Origin: an uncultured Bacteroidota bacterium | Lineage (GTDB): Bacteria > CLD3 > SB21 | Assembly (NCBI GenBank): GCA_964602985.1 | Contig: CAZRTJ010000003.1 | Location: 34,293-98,292, forward strand | Length of the DNA stretch: 64,000 bases | Reading direction: 5' to 3' | Part shown: positions 28,236-37,373 of the stretch, in pieces | Layout of the letters: each line of letters begins with the position of its first letter | Numbering within the stretch: position 1 is the stretch's first letter | The notes under the pieces: generated by a model | What the model was told of the DNA's origin: nothing | The model's database searches: none | What the model saw: only the letters and a program-made list of their open reading frames with translations | Position numbers and translations under genes: made by a program

Positions 28236-28516
28236 CCCTTTGCCGTGTAACGGGATCCATTGTGTCGACGCATAAGAATGAACACCTGGTCGGCAAGAAA
28301 ATACTCGTGGTCCAGCCGCTGAACCTCGACGAGCAGCCCGACGGCAATGATTTTCTCGCCTTGGACGAAGTGGATGCCGGCGTCGGAGATCGCGTTCTGG
28401 TGATGCGGGAGGGAGGATCGGCTCGCATCGTGCTTCGAAACAAACTCATTCCCGTTCAAGCGGTCATCGTCGGCGTCGTGGACGGATACCACGTTCAACC
28501 CAAGTCGTCATCATGA
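28232..28516 (+). CDS. EutN/CcmL-family protein (homologue of the bacterial-microcompartment vertex pentamer, BMC-P), orphan
   Basis: '[64 protein letters not shown]...[14 protein letters not shown]' aligns position by position with the EutN/CcmL consensus (V.G.VVST.K...L.G.KLL.V.....G.......A.D.VGAG.G..VLV..GS.AR.......DAAIVGIVD). 94 aa. ATGA overlaps with both cinA and murA. Confidence 0.75.
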   Translation: MTLCRVTGSIVSTHKNEHLVGKKILVVQPLNLDEQPDGNDFLALDEVDAGVGDRVLVMREGGSARIVLRNKLIPVQAVIVGVVDGYHVQPKSSS

Positions 28517-29790
28517 AGAAATTTATCGTCGAAGGCGGACGCGCGCTCAAAGGCGCCTTTGATCCGGCGGGAAACAAGAATGAGGCGCTGCCGGTTATCG
28601 CCGCCGCGTTGCTCACGGACGAACCCGTGATCCTGAAGAATATGCCCGGCGTGTCGGATGCCATGCGCATGCTGGAACTTGCCCGGGCGCTCGGCGCCGA
28701 AACGACAGAAGTCGCACGGGGTGAGTGGCGCATCCATACGCCATCGATTCGAACGCACGAACCCGATTATGCTCTTGCATCCGAGATTCGCGGCTCCTTT
28801 CTGTTCGCAGGCAGCATGCTCGGCCGTCACGGCAGAATTGCTTTGCCCTCACCTGGAGGGGACAAGATCGGCCGCCGGAGACTGGACACGCACATTCATG
28901 TCCTCCGTTCTCTGGGTGCGGAAATTGACCTGGGGAGAAAATTCTATACCATGTCCGCCCGCAAACTAGTCGGACAGGATATCTTCCTTGACGAAGCCAG
29001 CGTGATGGCCACAGAGAATGCGGTGATGGCCGCAGTTCTCGCGGAAGGAACAACCATCCTGCACCACGCGGCCTGCGAGCCCCATGTCCAGGGCTTGTGC
29101 CGTATGCTGAATGCGATGGGAGCCAACATCACCGGCATCGGCAGCAACGTGCTCCGAATTGAAGGTGTCCGGGCACTGCACGGATGCACGCACACCATCA
29201 CGAACGATCACATTGAAATCGGAAGCATGATCGGACTGGCCGCTGTGACGGGCAGCGAAATTCTCATCCGACAGACCCGACCAGACGATTTGCGAATGAC
29301 CTTGTTGGGATTCGAGCGGATCGGCATCCGTGTCGAGATTCGCGGACCGGACGTATTCGTTCCGGCGGCGCAGTCTCTGGAAATCGCGACCGACATCGAC
29401 GGCGCCATTCCCAAGATCGACGACGCTCCGTGGCCGGGATTTCCCGCCGATCTGATGAGCATCCTTGTCGTGTGCGCGACGCAATGCAAAGGCACGTTGT
29501 TGGTTTTCGAAAAAATGTTTGAGAGTCGACTCTTCTTCGTGGACAAACTGATCACGATGGGCGCGCGGATTGTCCTGTGCGACCCGCATCGCGCGATCAT
29601 CAGCGGACCGACGCGACTGCACGGAGAAATGATCACCAGCCCGGACATCCGCGCCGGAATGGCCCTTCTCATCGCCGCACTGAGCGCCGAAGGCACGACC
29701 ACCATCCAAAATATCGAGCAACTCGATCGCGGCTACGAACGCATCGATGAGCGGCTCCATGCGTTGGGCGCTTCCATTCGACGGATTTGA
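28513..29790 (+). CDS. murA: UDP-N-acetylglucosamine 1-carboxyvinyltransferase MurA (Asp at the catalytic Cys115 position)
   Basis: Collinear with E. coli MurA: '[15 protein letters not shown]' (K22 region), '[17 protein letters not shown]' versus E. coli 'LPGGCTIGARPVDLH', and the C-terminal '[20 protein letters not shown]'. 425 aa. Confidence 0.9.
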   Translation: MKKFIVEGGRALKGAFDPAGNKNEALPVIAAALLTDEPVILKNMPGVSDAMRMLELARALGAETTEVARGEWRIHTPSIRTHEPDYALASEIRGSFLFAGSMLGRHGRIALPSPGGDKIGRRRLDTHIHVLRSLGAEIDLGRKFYTMSARKLVGQDIFLDEASVMATENAVMAAVLAEGTTILHHAACEPHVQGLCRMLNAMGANITGIGSNVLRIEGVRALHGCTHTITNDHIEIGSMIGLAAVTGSEILIRQTRPDDLRMTLLGFERIGIRVEIRGPDVFVPAAQSLEIATDIDGAIPKIDDAPWPGFPADLMSILVVCATQCKGTLLVFEKMFESRLFFVDKLITMGARIVLCDPHRAIISGPTRLHGEMITSPDIRAGMALLIAALSAEGTTTIQNIEQLDRGYERIDERLHALGASIRRI

Positions 29791-29793
29791 TCG

Positions 29794-30642
29794 ATGCCCC
29801 CGTCCCTGCATCCCGCCGACCGCATCATCGCCCGACGGACAGTGATGGAGATGATTGACGGCGGGATCGCACTGTACCGCTTGTTCTTTTCGCCGATCTT
29901 TCTCGGTCTGCTGGCGCTGTTCGTTCCCTATTACGGTCTCAAAGCCGCGCTGTTCTATTTCGACTGGATTCCAATGGATCAAGTGATGACGTCCTTCCAC
30001 GTATTCGATACACGGTCCTATACCGCGCAGAATCTTCTTTTGCTGTGGATGGACGCCAACGTTCATTGGATCGGAATCGCCGGCGTGACGGTCTATGTGG
30101 ATCGGGTCGCGCGGCTGGGTACGACCACCCGTGGAGACGTGGTGCGCCACGTCCGAAGCGTGGTGGCGCCGCTCCTGCGACTGAATCTGATCTTCGTGGC
30201 CATCGTGCTGGCTGGATTGGTGATGGGACTGGTCGGCGGAATCATTCTCCATCTTGTCTTCCTGATGACAACCCCGGTGATTGTACTGGAACGCAAGCGC
30301 GAACTGTCGGCCGTGTGGAGTCGTTCCCAGCATTTAATGAAAAATGAATGGGGACGCGGCGCCGGCATGAGCGTCCTCAGCTGGGTTCTCTTGGGGATTC
30401 TCGGCGTCTCCCTGACGTATCTGCTGACGGGCTTTTACAGTTTGGTGTTGGAGCAGATTTCCTGGATCAGCGGAATTTTGCCGGACGTCGATATGATCGA
30501 CCTATCCAGCCGTTGGATCGTCTCGGTCATCCTGCTTCCCATGGAAACGATTTTCATAGTGCTTTTTTACTATGACGTTCGCGCGACGAAAGAAGGATTG
30601 GATTTGGAAGTTCTGACAGAATCACTCAGGATGGCCTCATGA
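29794..30642 (+). CDS. Polytopic membrane protein (unknown function; possibly SpoIIM/DUF95-like), first gene of the DUF4129/DUF4350/MoxR module
   Basis: Six or more hydrophobic segments. Its stop overlaps the start of the DUF4129-like gene. No catalytic motif recognised. Confidence 0.45.
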   Translation: MPPSLHPADRIIARRTVMEMIDGGIALYRLFFSPIFLGLLALFVPYYGLKAALFYFDWIPMDQVMTSFHVFDTRSYTAQNLLLLWMDANVHWIGIAGVTVYVDRVARLGTTTRGDVVRHVRSVVAPLLRLNLIFVAIVLAGLVMGLVGGIILHLVFLMTTPVIVLERKRELSAVWSRSQHLMKNEWGRGAGMSVLSWVLLGILGVSLTYLLTGFYSLVLEQISWISGILPDVDMIDLSSRWIVSVILLPMETIFIVLFYYDVRATKEGLDLEVLTESLRMAS

Positions 30643-31640
30643 AGGCAATGCTGATCTTCGTTCTGCTTGGATGGGACGCCCCGGCCGCCACCGACGTGAA
30701 CGACGCGATTCGCTGGACGCGAGCCATGATACGGGGGGAAGCGGACTATTCCGATTCTCTCCGCGCCTTCGCCGATGCCTTGCCCGTGGAGCGCCACTAT
30801 TCCGTTCGACTGGAGGATGATTCGTCTGTACCGATGACCATTCGCTACGGATGGGTGCGTCACGAAATTCTTGCCGCTCTGCAGGCGTGGCCACGCGACC
30901 GATCCGGCCTGGAAAGACTTCTCCGCAATGTTTCCTCGTACCATCCCGCACTCCCCGAAACTGTCGCTCCTGCCGATTCGATGCAGTACCGCGCGATGGC
31001 AGACGACATTCTCCAGCGTCGAGAATTTCGGCAAGTCGAAAAAGAAAACCGGATTGCGCAATGGTTCCGCGATCGACTTCGGGAATTCTTTCGATGGTTG
31101 TCTAAATTTCTGCCCGAGCCCAAACCGATGGATGTGCGAGTGCCTCTGGAAATGACGGGCGTGGGGCAGGTCGTGTATTATCTGCTGTTGGCCGTCGGCG
31201 GATTGCTGTTGATCTACGTCATCGTCCAGATCATCCGACGGGTACGCCGCAAAGAGCGAGAAGAAGAGAAACCGGACCTTCCGCTTCTGGAAGAAGGCGA
31301 GACGATCGAACCGGATGAGCAGTGGACGCTGGCCAGGACGGAAGCGGATCGTGGAAACTACCGCCGAGCCATCCGTCACGTTTTGCTGTCCGTTCTGCTG
31401 CATCTGGACAAGAACGACTACGTACGATTTCGGCGCGACTATACCAATTTCGAATATGCCGATTGGATTGCACAGGCGGATCGATTGCTGGAAGGATCGG
31501 AAATGGCGGCGCAATTTCGTTCTCTGGCCATGATTTTCGATCGTGTGTGGTACGGCATGAAGGAAGCCAGGGAACAAGACTTCCGTCGATCTGCAGAGGT
31601 TCGGCAAAGCATACTGGCGAAGGCTCCGGTGCATGAATAA
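30639..31640 (+). CDS. DUF4129-like protein (transmembrane helix in the middle, Arg-rich helical C-terminal domain)
   Basis: Central TM 'VGQVVYYLLLAVGGLLLIYVIVQII' followed by 'RRVRRKEREEE', and a C-terminal 'W...A...RGNYRRAIRHV..S..L......Y...R.DYTN.EY' pattern typical of DUF4129 proteins that precede MoxR operons. The family call is from memory of the pattern. Confidence 0.5.
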   Translation: MKAMLIFVLLGWDAPAATDVNDAIRWTRAMIRGEADYSDSLRAFADALPVERHYSVRLEDDSSVPMTIRYGWVRHEILAALQAWPRDRSGLERLLRNVSSYHPALPETVAPADSMQYRAMADDILQRREFRQVEKENRIAQWFRDRLREFFRWLSKFLPEPKPMDVRVPLEMTGVGQVVYYLLLAVGGLLLIYVIVQIIRRVRRKEREEEKPDLPLLEEGETIEPDEQWTLARTEADRGNYRRAIRHVLLSVLLHLDKNDYVRFRRDYTNFEYADWIAQADRLLEGSEMAAQFRSLAMIFDRVWYGMKEAREQDFRRSAEVRQSILAKAPVHE

Positions 31641-32859
31641 GGCGATGAAGAATACGCTCATCGTCGGCGGTGTACTGACGCTCCTGGTTTTTCTGGCCGC
31701 CCTGGGTTCGATCCACGAGGAGTCGGAGCGATCCCGACTCTTGTATTCGACGTACAATACGAAACCGGCCGGCCTGAAGGCGTTCTACCTTCTTCTGGAG
31801 GAGACTGGATTTCCTGTGGAACGATGGCGAAAACCCTCCGATTCGACGAACCTGCGCGACACCTCGATCGTCTGGATTTCGGCATCCCCTGTCACGTCGT
31901 ACCGTCCATCCGAACGTCGACAGATTGTTTCGCTAGTACAGCAGGGCGCGACGGCCGTTTTCTTCTACGGTCCCATGCTGGACACACTGCTGACTGATTT
32001 CGGTGTTACGGTCTCCGACGGGTACCGGGACTCGATCGCGGTCCGACAGCAGGCGACGCACAACAATCACCTGGCGGATTCGTTGATGCGCGGATCCGAT
32101 ACGGCAGTGGGCATTCAGTTGATGCCGGATGCGCGAGTGTTGTACGGATCCGCCGACGGTCACGCGGTTTTGGAAAGGCGATTCGGTATGGGATCCATCG
32201 TGATTTTCCACACGCCGGAATACGTGACCAACCGTCACCTCGCACGTTGCGACAATGCCGCGGCGGCAGTCCATCTGCTGCAGTGGGACGCGGAGGGCAG
32301 CCCGCGGTTCTTTTCCCGAGTGCTCGTTGACGAATTCCACCAGGGATTTGAAGACTTTCGCTCGTCGCTGGATTTGATGGACACGTGGGTCATGAAAGCA
32401 GGGCTCCTCATGGCGCTGGGGTTGGTCATCGTGTGGTCCTACGGTCGTGGCAAACGGTTGGGTCGCGCAGTTCCGCTCGTCCCGGCGCCGGTTCGTTCCT
32501 CCACGCGCTATGTGGACTCGATCGCCGGTGTGTATGCGCATGCCGGCGCACAGCGGATCATCCTACAGACGTGGTATCGCTGGATGATGCACGGCTGGCG
32601 TCAGAAGTATCACACCACGCTCCCGCGCAAACTGGCCGCAATCCTCGCCGCACGTCACGCGTTGCATGAGGCCGAGACGCTCCGCCTCCTGGAGAACATC
32701 CCGCGTCGACTCCAGGAAGCCGCTCGCGCCGCGAGTTCGGCAGACGCCGGCAACGCGCGCGCGCTGGACCGACAGGAAATGTCCATCTACTTCTCGAAAC
32801 TGGAATCCATCCAACAAACCATCCTCTCACACCAACGGGAATCCACTCATGAGTCTTGA
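31633..32859 (+). CDS. DUF4350-like protein (N-terminal TM anchor, periplasmic or extracytoplasmic domain, second TM)
   Basis: TM 'LIVGGVLTLLVFLAALG', 'SIVIFHTPEYVTN', 'VLVDEFHQGF', a second TM 'AGLLMALGLVIVWSY', and a C-terminal helical tail. Order and topology fit the DUF4350 partner of DUF4129/MoxR systems. Confidence 0.45.
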   Translation: MNKAMKNTLIVGGVLTLLVFLAALGSIHEESERSRLLYSTYNTKPAGLKAFYLLLEETGFPVERWRKPSDSTNLRDTSIVWISASPVTSYRPSERRQIVSLVQQGATAVFFYGPMLDTLLTDFGVTVSDGYRDSIAVRQQATHNNHLADSLMRGSDTAVGIQLMPDARVLYGSADGHAVLERRFGMGSIVIFHTPEYVTNRHLARCDNAAAAVHLLQWDAEGSPRFFSRVLVDEFHQGFEDFRSSLDLMDTWVMKAGLLMALGLVIVWSYGRGKRLGRAVPLVPAPVRSSTRYVDSIAGVYAHAGAQRIILQTWYRWMMHGWRQKYHTTLPRKLAAILAARHALHEAETLRLLENIPRRLQEAARAASSADAGNARALDRQEMSIYFSKLESIQQTILSHQRESTHES

Positions 32860-33811
32860 CATCAGACAAGTGCAGGAAGTCGGCGACCGAATCCGACGCG
32901 AAATTCAAAAAGTCATCGTGGGTCAGGCCTATGTCATCGACCATGTCCTTTATGCGATGTTCAGCGGGGGCCATGTTCTGCTGGAGGGCGTGCCGGGAAC
33001 TGCCAAGACGCTGCTGGCGCGCACCCTGGCCATGACGATCCGCGCGGCCTTCAAGCGAATCCAATTCACCCCCGACCTCATGCCGTCCGATGTTTTGGGA
33101 ACGAACATCTTCGATGCGACCAGCGGAACGTTTCGCCTTAAACACGGCCCGATCTTCGCAAACTTTGTGCTGATCGACGAAGTGAACCGCGCGCCCGCGA
33201 AGACGCAGGCGGCTTTGCTGGAGGTGATGGAGGAACGGCAGGTGACGATGGACGGTGTCGCCCACCCGTTGAGTGAGCCGTTCATGGTCTTTGCCACTCA
33301 GAATCCCATCGAATACGAGGGCACGTATGCTCTCCCGGAGGCGCAACTCGACCGTTTCATGTTCAAGATCCTCATTGATTATCCCGCAGCGGACGAGGAG
33401 ACGGCCATCCTGCGCAATCATCACCAGGGTTTCAGCATTCGTGACCTCCACTCGGCGCGCATCGAAGCGGTCTGCGATCCGGTGACGCTGGCGGCCTGTC
33501 GCGAATCCATACGCGGGGTCGGGATCGAACCGGGGGTCATGAAATACATTGCCGACACTGTGCGCAAGACGCGTGAGCATTCGAGTCTCCTGGTCGGCGC
33601 CAGTCCACGTGCTTCCGTCGCGCTCATGACCGCCGCCAAGACGCGAGCGGCCCTCGCCGGCGGGGACTACGTCTCGCCCGATGATGTCAAATTCGTCGCG
33701 CGACCCGTCCTGCGCCATCGAATTGTTCTCCAGCCGGAGGCAGAACTCGAAAGTCTGAGGCCGGATGAGATCATCGGTGAAATTCTCGAAACCGTTCACG
33801 TTCCACGATAA
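32849..33811 (+). CDS. moxR: MoxR-family AAA+ ATPase
   Basis: 'IVGQAYVIDHVLYAMFSGGHVLLEGVPGTAKTLLARTLA', 'FKRIQFTPDLMPSDVLGTNIF', 'GPIFANFVLIDEVNRAPAKTQAALLEVMEERQVT' and 'VFATQNPIEYEGTYALPEAQLDRF' form the complete MoxR signature set. Start at the internal ATG at 32849 (320 aa). Confidence 0.9.
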   Translation: MSLDIRQVQEVGDRIRREIQKVIVGQAYVIDHVLYAMFSGGHVLLEGVPGTAKTLLARTLAMTIRAAFKRIQFTPDLMPSDVLGTNIFDATSGTFRLKHGPIFANFVLIDEVNRAPAKTQAALLEVMEERQVTMDGVAHPLSEPFMVFATQNPIEYEGTYALPEAQLDRFMFKILIDYPAADEETAILRNHHQGFSIRDLHSARIEAVCDPVTLAACRESIRGVGIEPGVMKYIADTVRKTREHSSLLVGASPRASVALMTAAKTRAALAGGDYVSPDDVKFVARPVLRHRIVLQPEAELESLRPDEIIGEILETVHVPR

Positions 33812-33826
33812 CCCAGAAGGAGTTCT

Positions 33827-34237
33827 ATGAAATCCATGAGGATGCTGATCCTGTTCGCGGTTGCCTCCGGCGCGGTGGCGCAGGAAGACGTCGAGGATCG
33901 TCTTGCTTTTCTGCAGGGAAAGTACCAGATCGTCGGCCGCTACGCCGATTCAGAAAATACCTACTCGGGTACGATGCACATCGCGGCAGAAGGCAAAACC
34001 TGCAAGATCACACGCACGATTGATGGCAAGACGGTCACCGGCCAAGGAGACATTCAGTCTGCCTTAGGCGGAGACGCGCAGGTTTTTCACATCGCATTCA
34101 CGGAGGGAGGAAAGAAATTCGAAGCGACGTATCTGATGCACGTCGATCTGGACAATTACAGCCGCCTCACAGGATACGTGTATACCAAGGCCACACAAAA
34201 ACCCGGCATGGAAGCCGCTTTCGCGTTGGTCGAATAG
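33827..34237 (+). CDS. Small secreted protein of unknown function
   Basis: An AGGAG Shine-Dalgarno lies 7 nt upstream. Signal peptide 'MKSMRMLILFAVASGAVAQE'. 136 aa. It follows moxR in the position where DUF58 would normally be expected. Confidence 0.5.
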   Translation: MKSMRMLILFAVASGAVAQEDVEDRLAFLQGKYQIVGRYADSENTYSGTMHIAAEGKTCKITRTIDGKTVTGQGDIQSALGGDAQVFHIAFTEGGKKFEATYLMHVDLDNYSRLTGYVYTKATQKPGMEAAFALVE

Positions 34238-34262
34238 ATCCGCCCTCTGTGATCGTGCGGGG

Positions 34263-35768
34263 CTACGCGGACAATCGTCCAAGACTGACGCGTCGATCGG
34301 TGTGGTTCTGACCGTCGAATGTCCAAAGGATTTCTCCCTTGTCGACCATGGTCAACACGTTCACAGGACGCTTCCAGATCTTGTACAGATTCTCCATCGT
34401 CGCTTTGGCGTCCTCCGGTTTCAGTTCGGCGCCGTTGTAACGATGCTCCAACAGCAGTTCCGCGCGGTTCTCAAAATTCCCGTCCGTTACGCTGAGAACC
34501 GGAAGACCGTGGTTGGTCAGCTGGAATAGCAGTCGTTTTTTGACGATCTGAAATTCCCGATCCGATATTTCGTACTGCTCGGATGTCGCATTGTAATCGA
34601 ACGTGAACAGTTTCATTCGTTTGCAAAACTCCGGCGTCAGGAATTCGTCCAGAAACATCACATCGTTGTACAACCGTCTCACCTCAAAAATCTTCTGGCG
34701 TCCGAGCCCCAGCTGTTTGTCCCACTGCTGCAACTCCACCATATCCGCGCAGTCTTCATACTCTTTTCCAAATTTGCCCTTGTTCCATCGATCCTCGATG
34801 TCACGGAACAATTCAATGCCCACTTTGTATGGGTTCAGTCTGCCGCCGGTGGTTGCCAACACGCCCGCGCAATGATCGGCATAGTCGATGATGTCGTCAT
34901 CCATGGCGGCCCGCTGGGTCATGATGCGGCTGTGCCAGTAGCTGGCCCAGCCCTCGTTCATAATTTTCGTCATCCCTTGCGGAGCAAAGTAATACGCTTC
35001 TTCACGAATGATCGACAACACGTCCCGTTGCCAGTTGGTCAGCGGGGCGTAATCGATCAGGAATTGCAGAACGTCACGGGATGGATTCTCCGGGAAATTC
35101 TTCTTCCTCTGTTGTTCCGCCGTCAGCTTCTCGAGTTGTTCGGCGATAAATTCCTTCGGATTGATGAACTCGTCCATGTAGTCTTTGCTTTTTAACTTCC
35201 GAACCGACACGGGCTCGTCTTCCGGAACATCGCCCGGCTCCCGCACGTCCTTGCTCCGCGCGATCTGGGGGGCATGGGGATCAATCAGCGTTTCCAGGGA
35301 CAAACAGACGTCGATGAAGGACTCAACTTCCTCCAATCCATGCCGTTCAATGTAGCGACGGATACGGGTAGCGTGATTGGCCATCTCGTCCACCATCTTG
35401 CGGTTGGTCCCCGCAAACCATGAGTTGTTCTTGAAGAAATCGTTGTGTCCGTAGACGTGGGCCATCACGATCTTCTGATCGACAAGGCCGTTCGATTCGA
35501 GCAGATACGCGTAACATGGATCGTTGTTGATCACCATCTCATAGATTTTCTGGAGACCCCACTCGTAGCCCTTCGACAATTGATCATACTCCATCCCCCA
35601 GCGCCAATGCGGATACCGCGTGGGAAAGCCTCCATACGCGGCTACCATATTGATCTCATCGTAATCGAGGACTTCAAAGACTTGCGTAAAGAATTGGAGT
35701 CCGTAATCCCGCGCGTACGTCTCAATCTCGCTTTGCAGAACTTTCAATTCATCCGGCAATTCACGCAT
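34263..35768 (-). CDS. SpoVR-family protein (YcgB-like)
   Basis: '[56 protein letters not shown]' and the downstream conserved blocks are characteristic of SpoVR/YcgB. 501 aa. Confidence 0.85.
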   Translation of the reverse strand: MRELPDELKVLQSEIETYARDYGLQFFTQVFEVLDYDEINMVAAYGGFPTRYPHWRWGMEYDQLSKGYEWGLQKIYEMVINNDPCYAYLLESNGLVDQKIVMAHVYGHNDFFKNNSWFAGTNRKMVDEMANHATRIRRYIERHGLEEVESFIDVCLSLETLIDPHAPQIARSKDVREPGDVPEDEPVSVRKLKSKDYMDEFINPKEFIAEQLEKLTAEQQRKKNFPENPSRDVLQFLIDYAPLTNWQRDVLSIIREEAYYFAPQGMTKIMNEGWASYWHSRIMTQRAAMDDDIIDYADHCAGVLATTGGRLNPYKVGIELFRDIEDRWNKGKFGKEYEDCADMVELQQWDKQLGLGRQKIFEVRRLYNDVMFLDEFLTPEFCKRMKLFTFDYNATSEQYEISDREFQIVKKRLLFQLTNHGLPVLSVTDGNFENRAELLLEHRYNGAELKPEDAKATMENLYKIWKRPVNVLTMVDKGEILWTFDGQNHTDRRVSLGRLSA

Positions 35769-35933
35769 GGCAACTCACCTCGAGGGAAAAGTACAACAAG
35801 AAGCGGCGGCGGACAATGGAATTTTTCGGGCAACTGTCCCGCGCTCGGGGGCGGGGTGGACATGGGTTTTCCGGTCTCGCGGGAGTGTACAGAACGTCGT
35901 ATATTCGTTTAGCGATTTCTTTCGGTTGTTTGC

Positions 35934-37373
35934 ATGATCCAATCCCTGTCTCTTTCTGAAAAGATCGGCCAGATGCTCATTGCGCGCATCGATTTGCCGC
36001 CGGCGTTTCCCGAATCGATCCCCGCGGAATTCGTGAGCCGCTGCGGCGGAGTGATTCTATTTGGCGGAAGCGTGGAGAATGTGCCGGCGGTTCTCGAGCG
36101 CCTACAACAGCGATGTGCCATTCCGCTGCTGGTCGCGTCAGATCTGGAGAGGGGACCGGGTCAGCAAGTGCACGGCGCGCCGTCATTTCCCTACAGCCGC
36201 GGATTGGGCGAGTTTAGCCAACGAACCGGCGCGTTTGATCTCGTGTATCAGTCCGCGCTGCAGACGGGCCGAGTGGCGCGCGCGCTCGGCATTCACCAGA
36301 ACTATGCGCCCGTGGCCGATGTCCATACGTGTTCCGATAATCCGATCATTGGAATTCGCGCATTCCATTCCGATCCGGATCATGTGGCACGATGTTGTCG
36401 CGAGACCATTCGCGGCCTTCGGGACGGCGGGATGCTTTCCACGGTCAAACATTTCCCCGGACACGGAGATACACGGGCGGATTCGCATGTGGACTTACCG
36501 GTTCTTGAGCTGACCCGTTCGCAAATCGAGGAGGTCCATCTCCTTCCGTTCGCGCAATCGATTATCGCGGGAGTGGACGCCGTGATGATCGGACATATTG
36601 CCGTCCCGGCGCTCGATCCCAGCGGATGTCCGGCCAGCCTCTCTCACATCATCGTGACCAGACTCTTGCGCCAACAGATGAAGTTCGATGGACTCATTGT
36701 CACGGATGCGATGAACATGGGCGGAATAACAAAGCATACATCGCCGTCCGAGGCGGTGATTCTGGCCATTCGATCCGGCTGCGATCAAGTGCTGATGCCG
36801 TCCGACACCAAGGTGATCTCTGACGTGGTCGAGGCGATTCGAGCGGGCCGATTGTCTGAATCTCTCGTGGATCGGGCCGTGGAGCGAATCATGGCGACGA
36901 AAGAGCGGCTGCGTTTATTTGCCGCTCCTCGGGGACCGGCGGTGTGCGATGATTTCGCGCTTGCCGAAAAGGTTGCGGCCGCGGTGATCGATACGAGATC
37001 GGGAAAACTTCTGCCCATCCTCGACGACGCACAGGTTGTGTTCTGCCTCCAGCAGCCCCACTCGCTTTCGTGGCTCGTCGAGCGCCTGCGATCGTACGCG
37101 ATCATCTGCAGTCTCTCCGATCCCCCGCCGTCGATGTCGGGACGACCGCTCACCGTGATGACCGATCTCCAGCCACGCGCGTGGAGCGGTATGGTCGGGT
37201 TTCCCTTGACATGGAAGAACTGGCTGGAAGCTCGCTGTACCGAACGCGATCAGGTCATTTCCTTCGGATCCCCTTGGCTCGGAGTCGATTCGGCGAGAAA
37301 TTTCACCTGCGCCTATTCATCCTCCGACATCTCGCAGCGGGCGATTTACAAACGTCTGGTGGAAGACCGATAA
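35934..37373 (+). CDS. Glycoside hydrolase family 3 N-terminal-domain protein (NagZ-like beta-N-acetylhexosaminidase)
   Basis: 'KHFPGHGDTRADSHVDLP' is the GH3/NagZ active-site motif. 'LIVTDAMNMGGI' provides the catalytic Asp region. Confidence 0.8.
   Translation: MIQSLSLSEKIGQMLIARIDLPPAFPESIPAEFVSRCGGVILFGGSVENVPAVLERLQQRCAIPLLVASDLERGPGQQVHGAPSFPYSRGLGEFSQRTGAFDLVYQSALQTGRVARALGIHQNYAPVADVHTCSDNPIIGIRAFHSDPDHVARCCRETIRGLRDGGMLSTVKHFPGHGDTRADSHVDLPVLELTRSQIEEVHLLPFAQSIIAGVDAVMIGHIAVPALDPSGCPASLSHIIVTRLLRQQMKFDGLIVTDAMNMGGITKHTSPSEAVILAIRSGCDQVLMPSDTKVISDVVEAIRAGRLSESLVDRAVERIMATKERLRLFAAPRGPAVCDDFALAEKVAAAVIDTRSGKLLPILDDAQVVFCLQQPHSLSWLVERLRSYAIICSLSDPPPSMSGRPLTVMTDLQPRAWSGMVGFPLTWKNWLEARCTERDQVISFGSPWLGVDSARNFTCAYSSSDISQRAIYKRLVEDR

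Noticed and set aside
28966-30333. 455-aa minus-strand ORF overlapping murA and the following membrane-protein gene
   Set aside because: The +strand frame is a textbook MurA. The antisense ORF has a biased R/H/D composition.
35769-35933. Small ORFs or RNA in the spoVR/GH3 divergent region
   Set aside because: The 165-bp G-rich region carries no convincing ORF, SD-ATG pair or hairpin. It is most likely just the divergent promoters.
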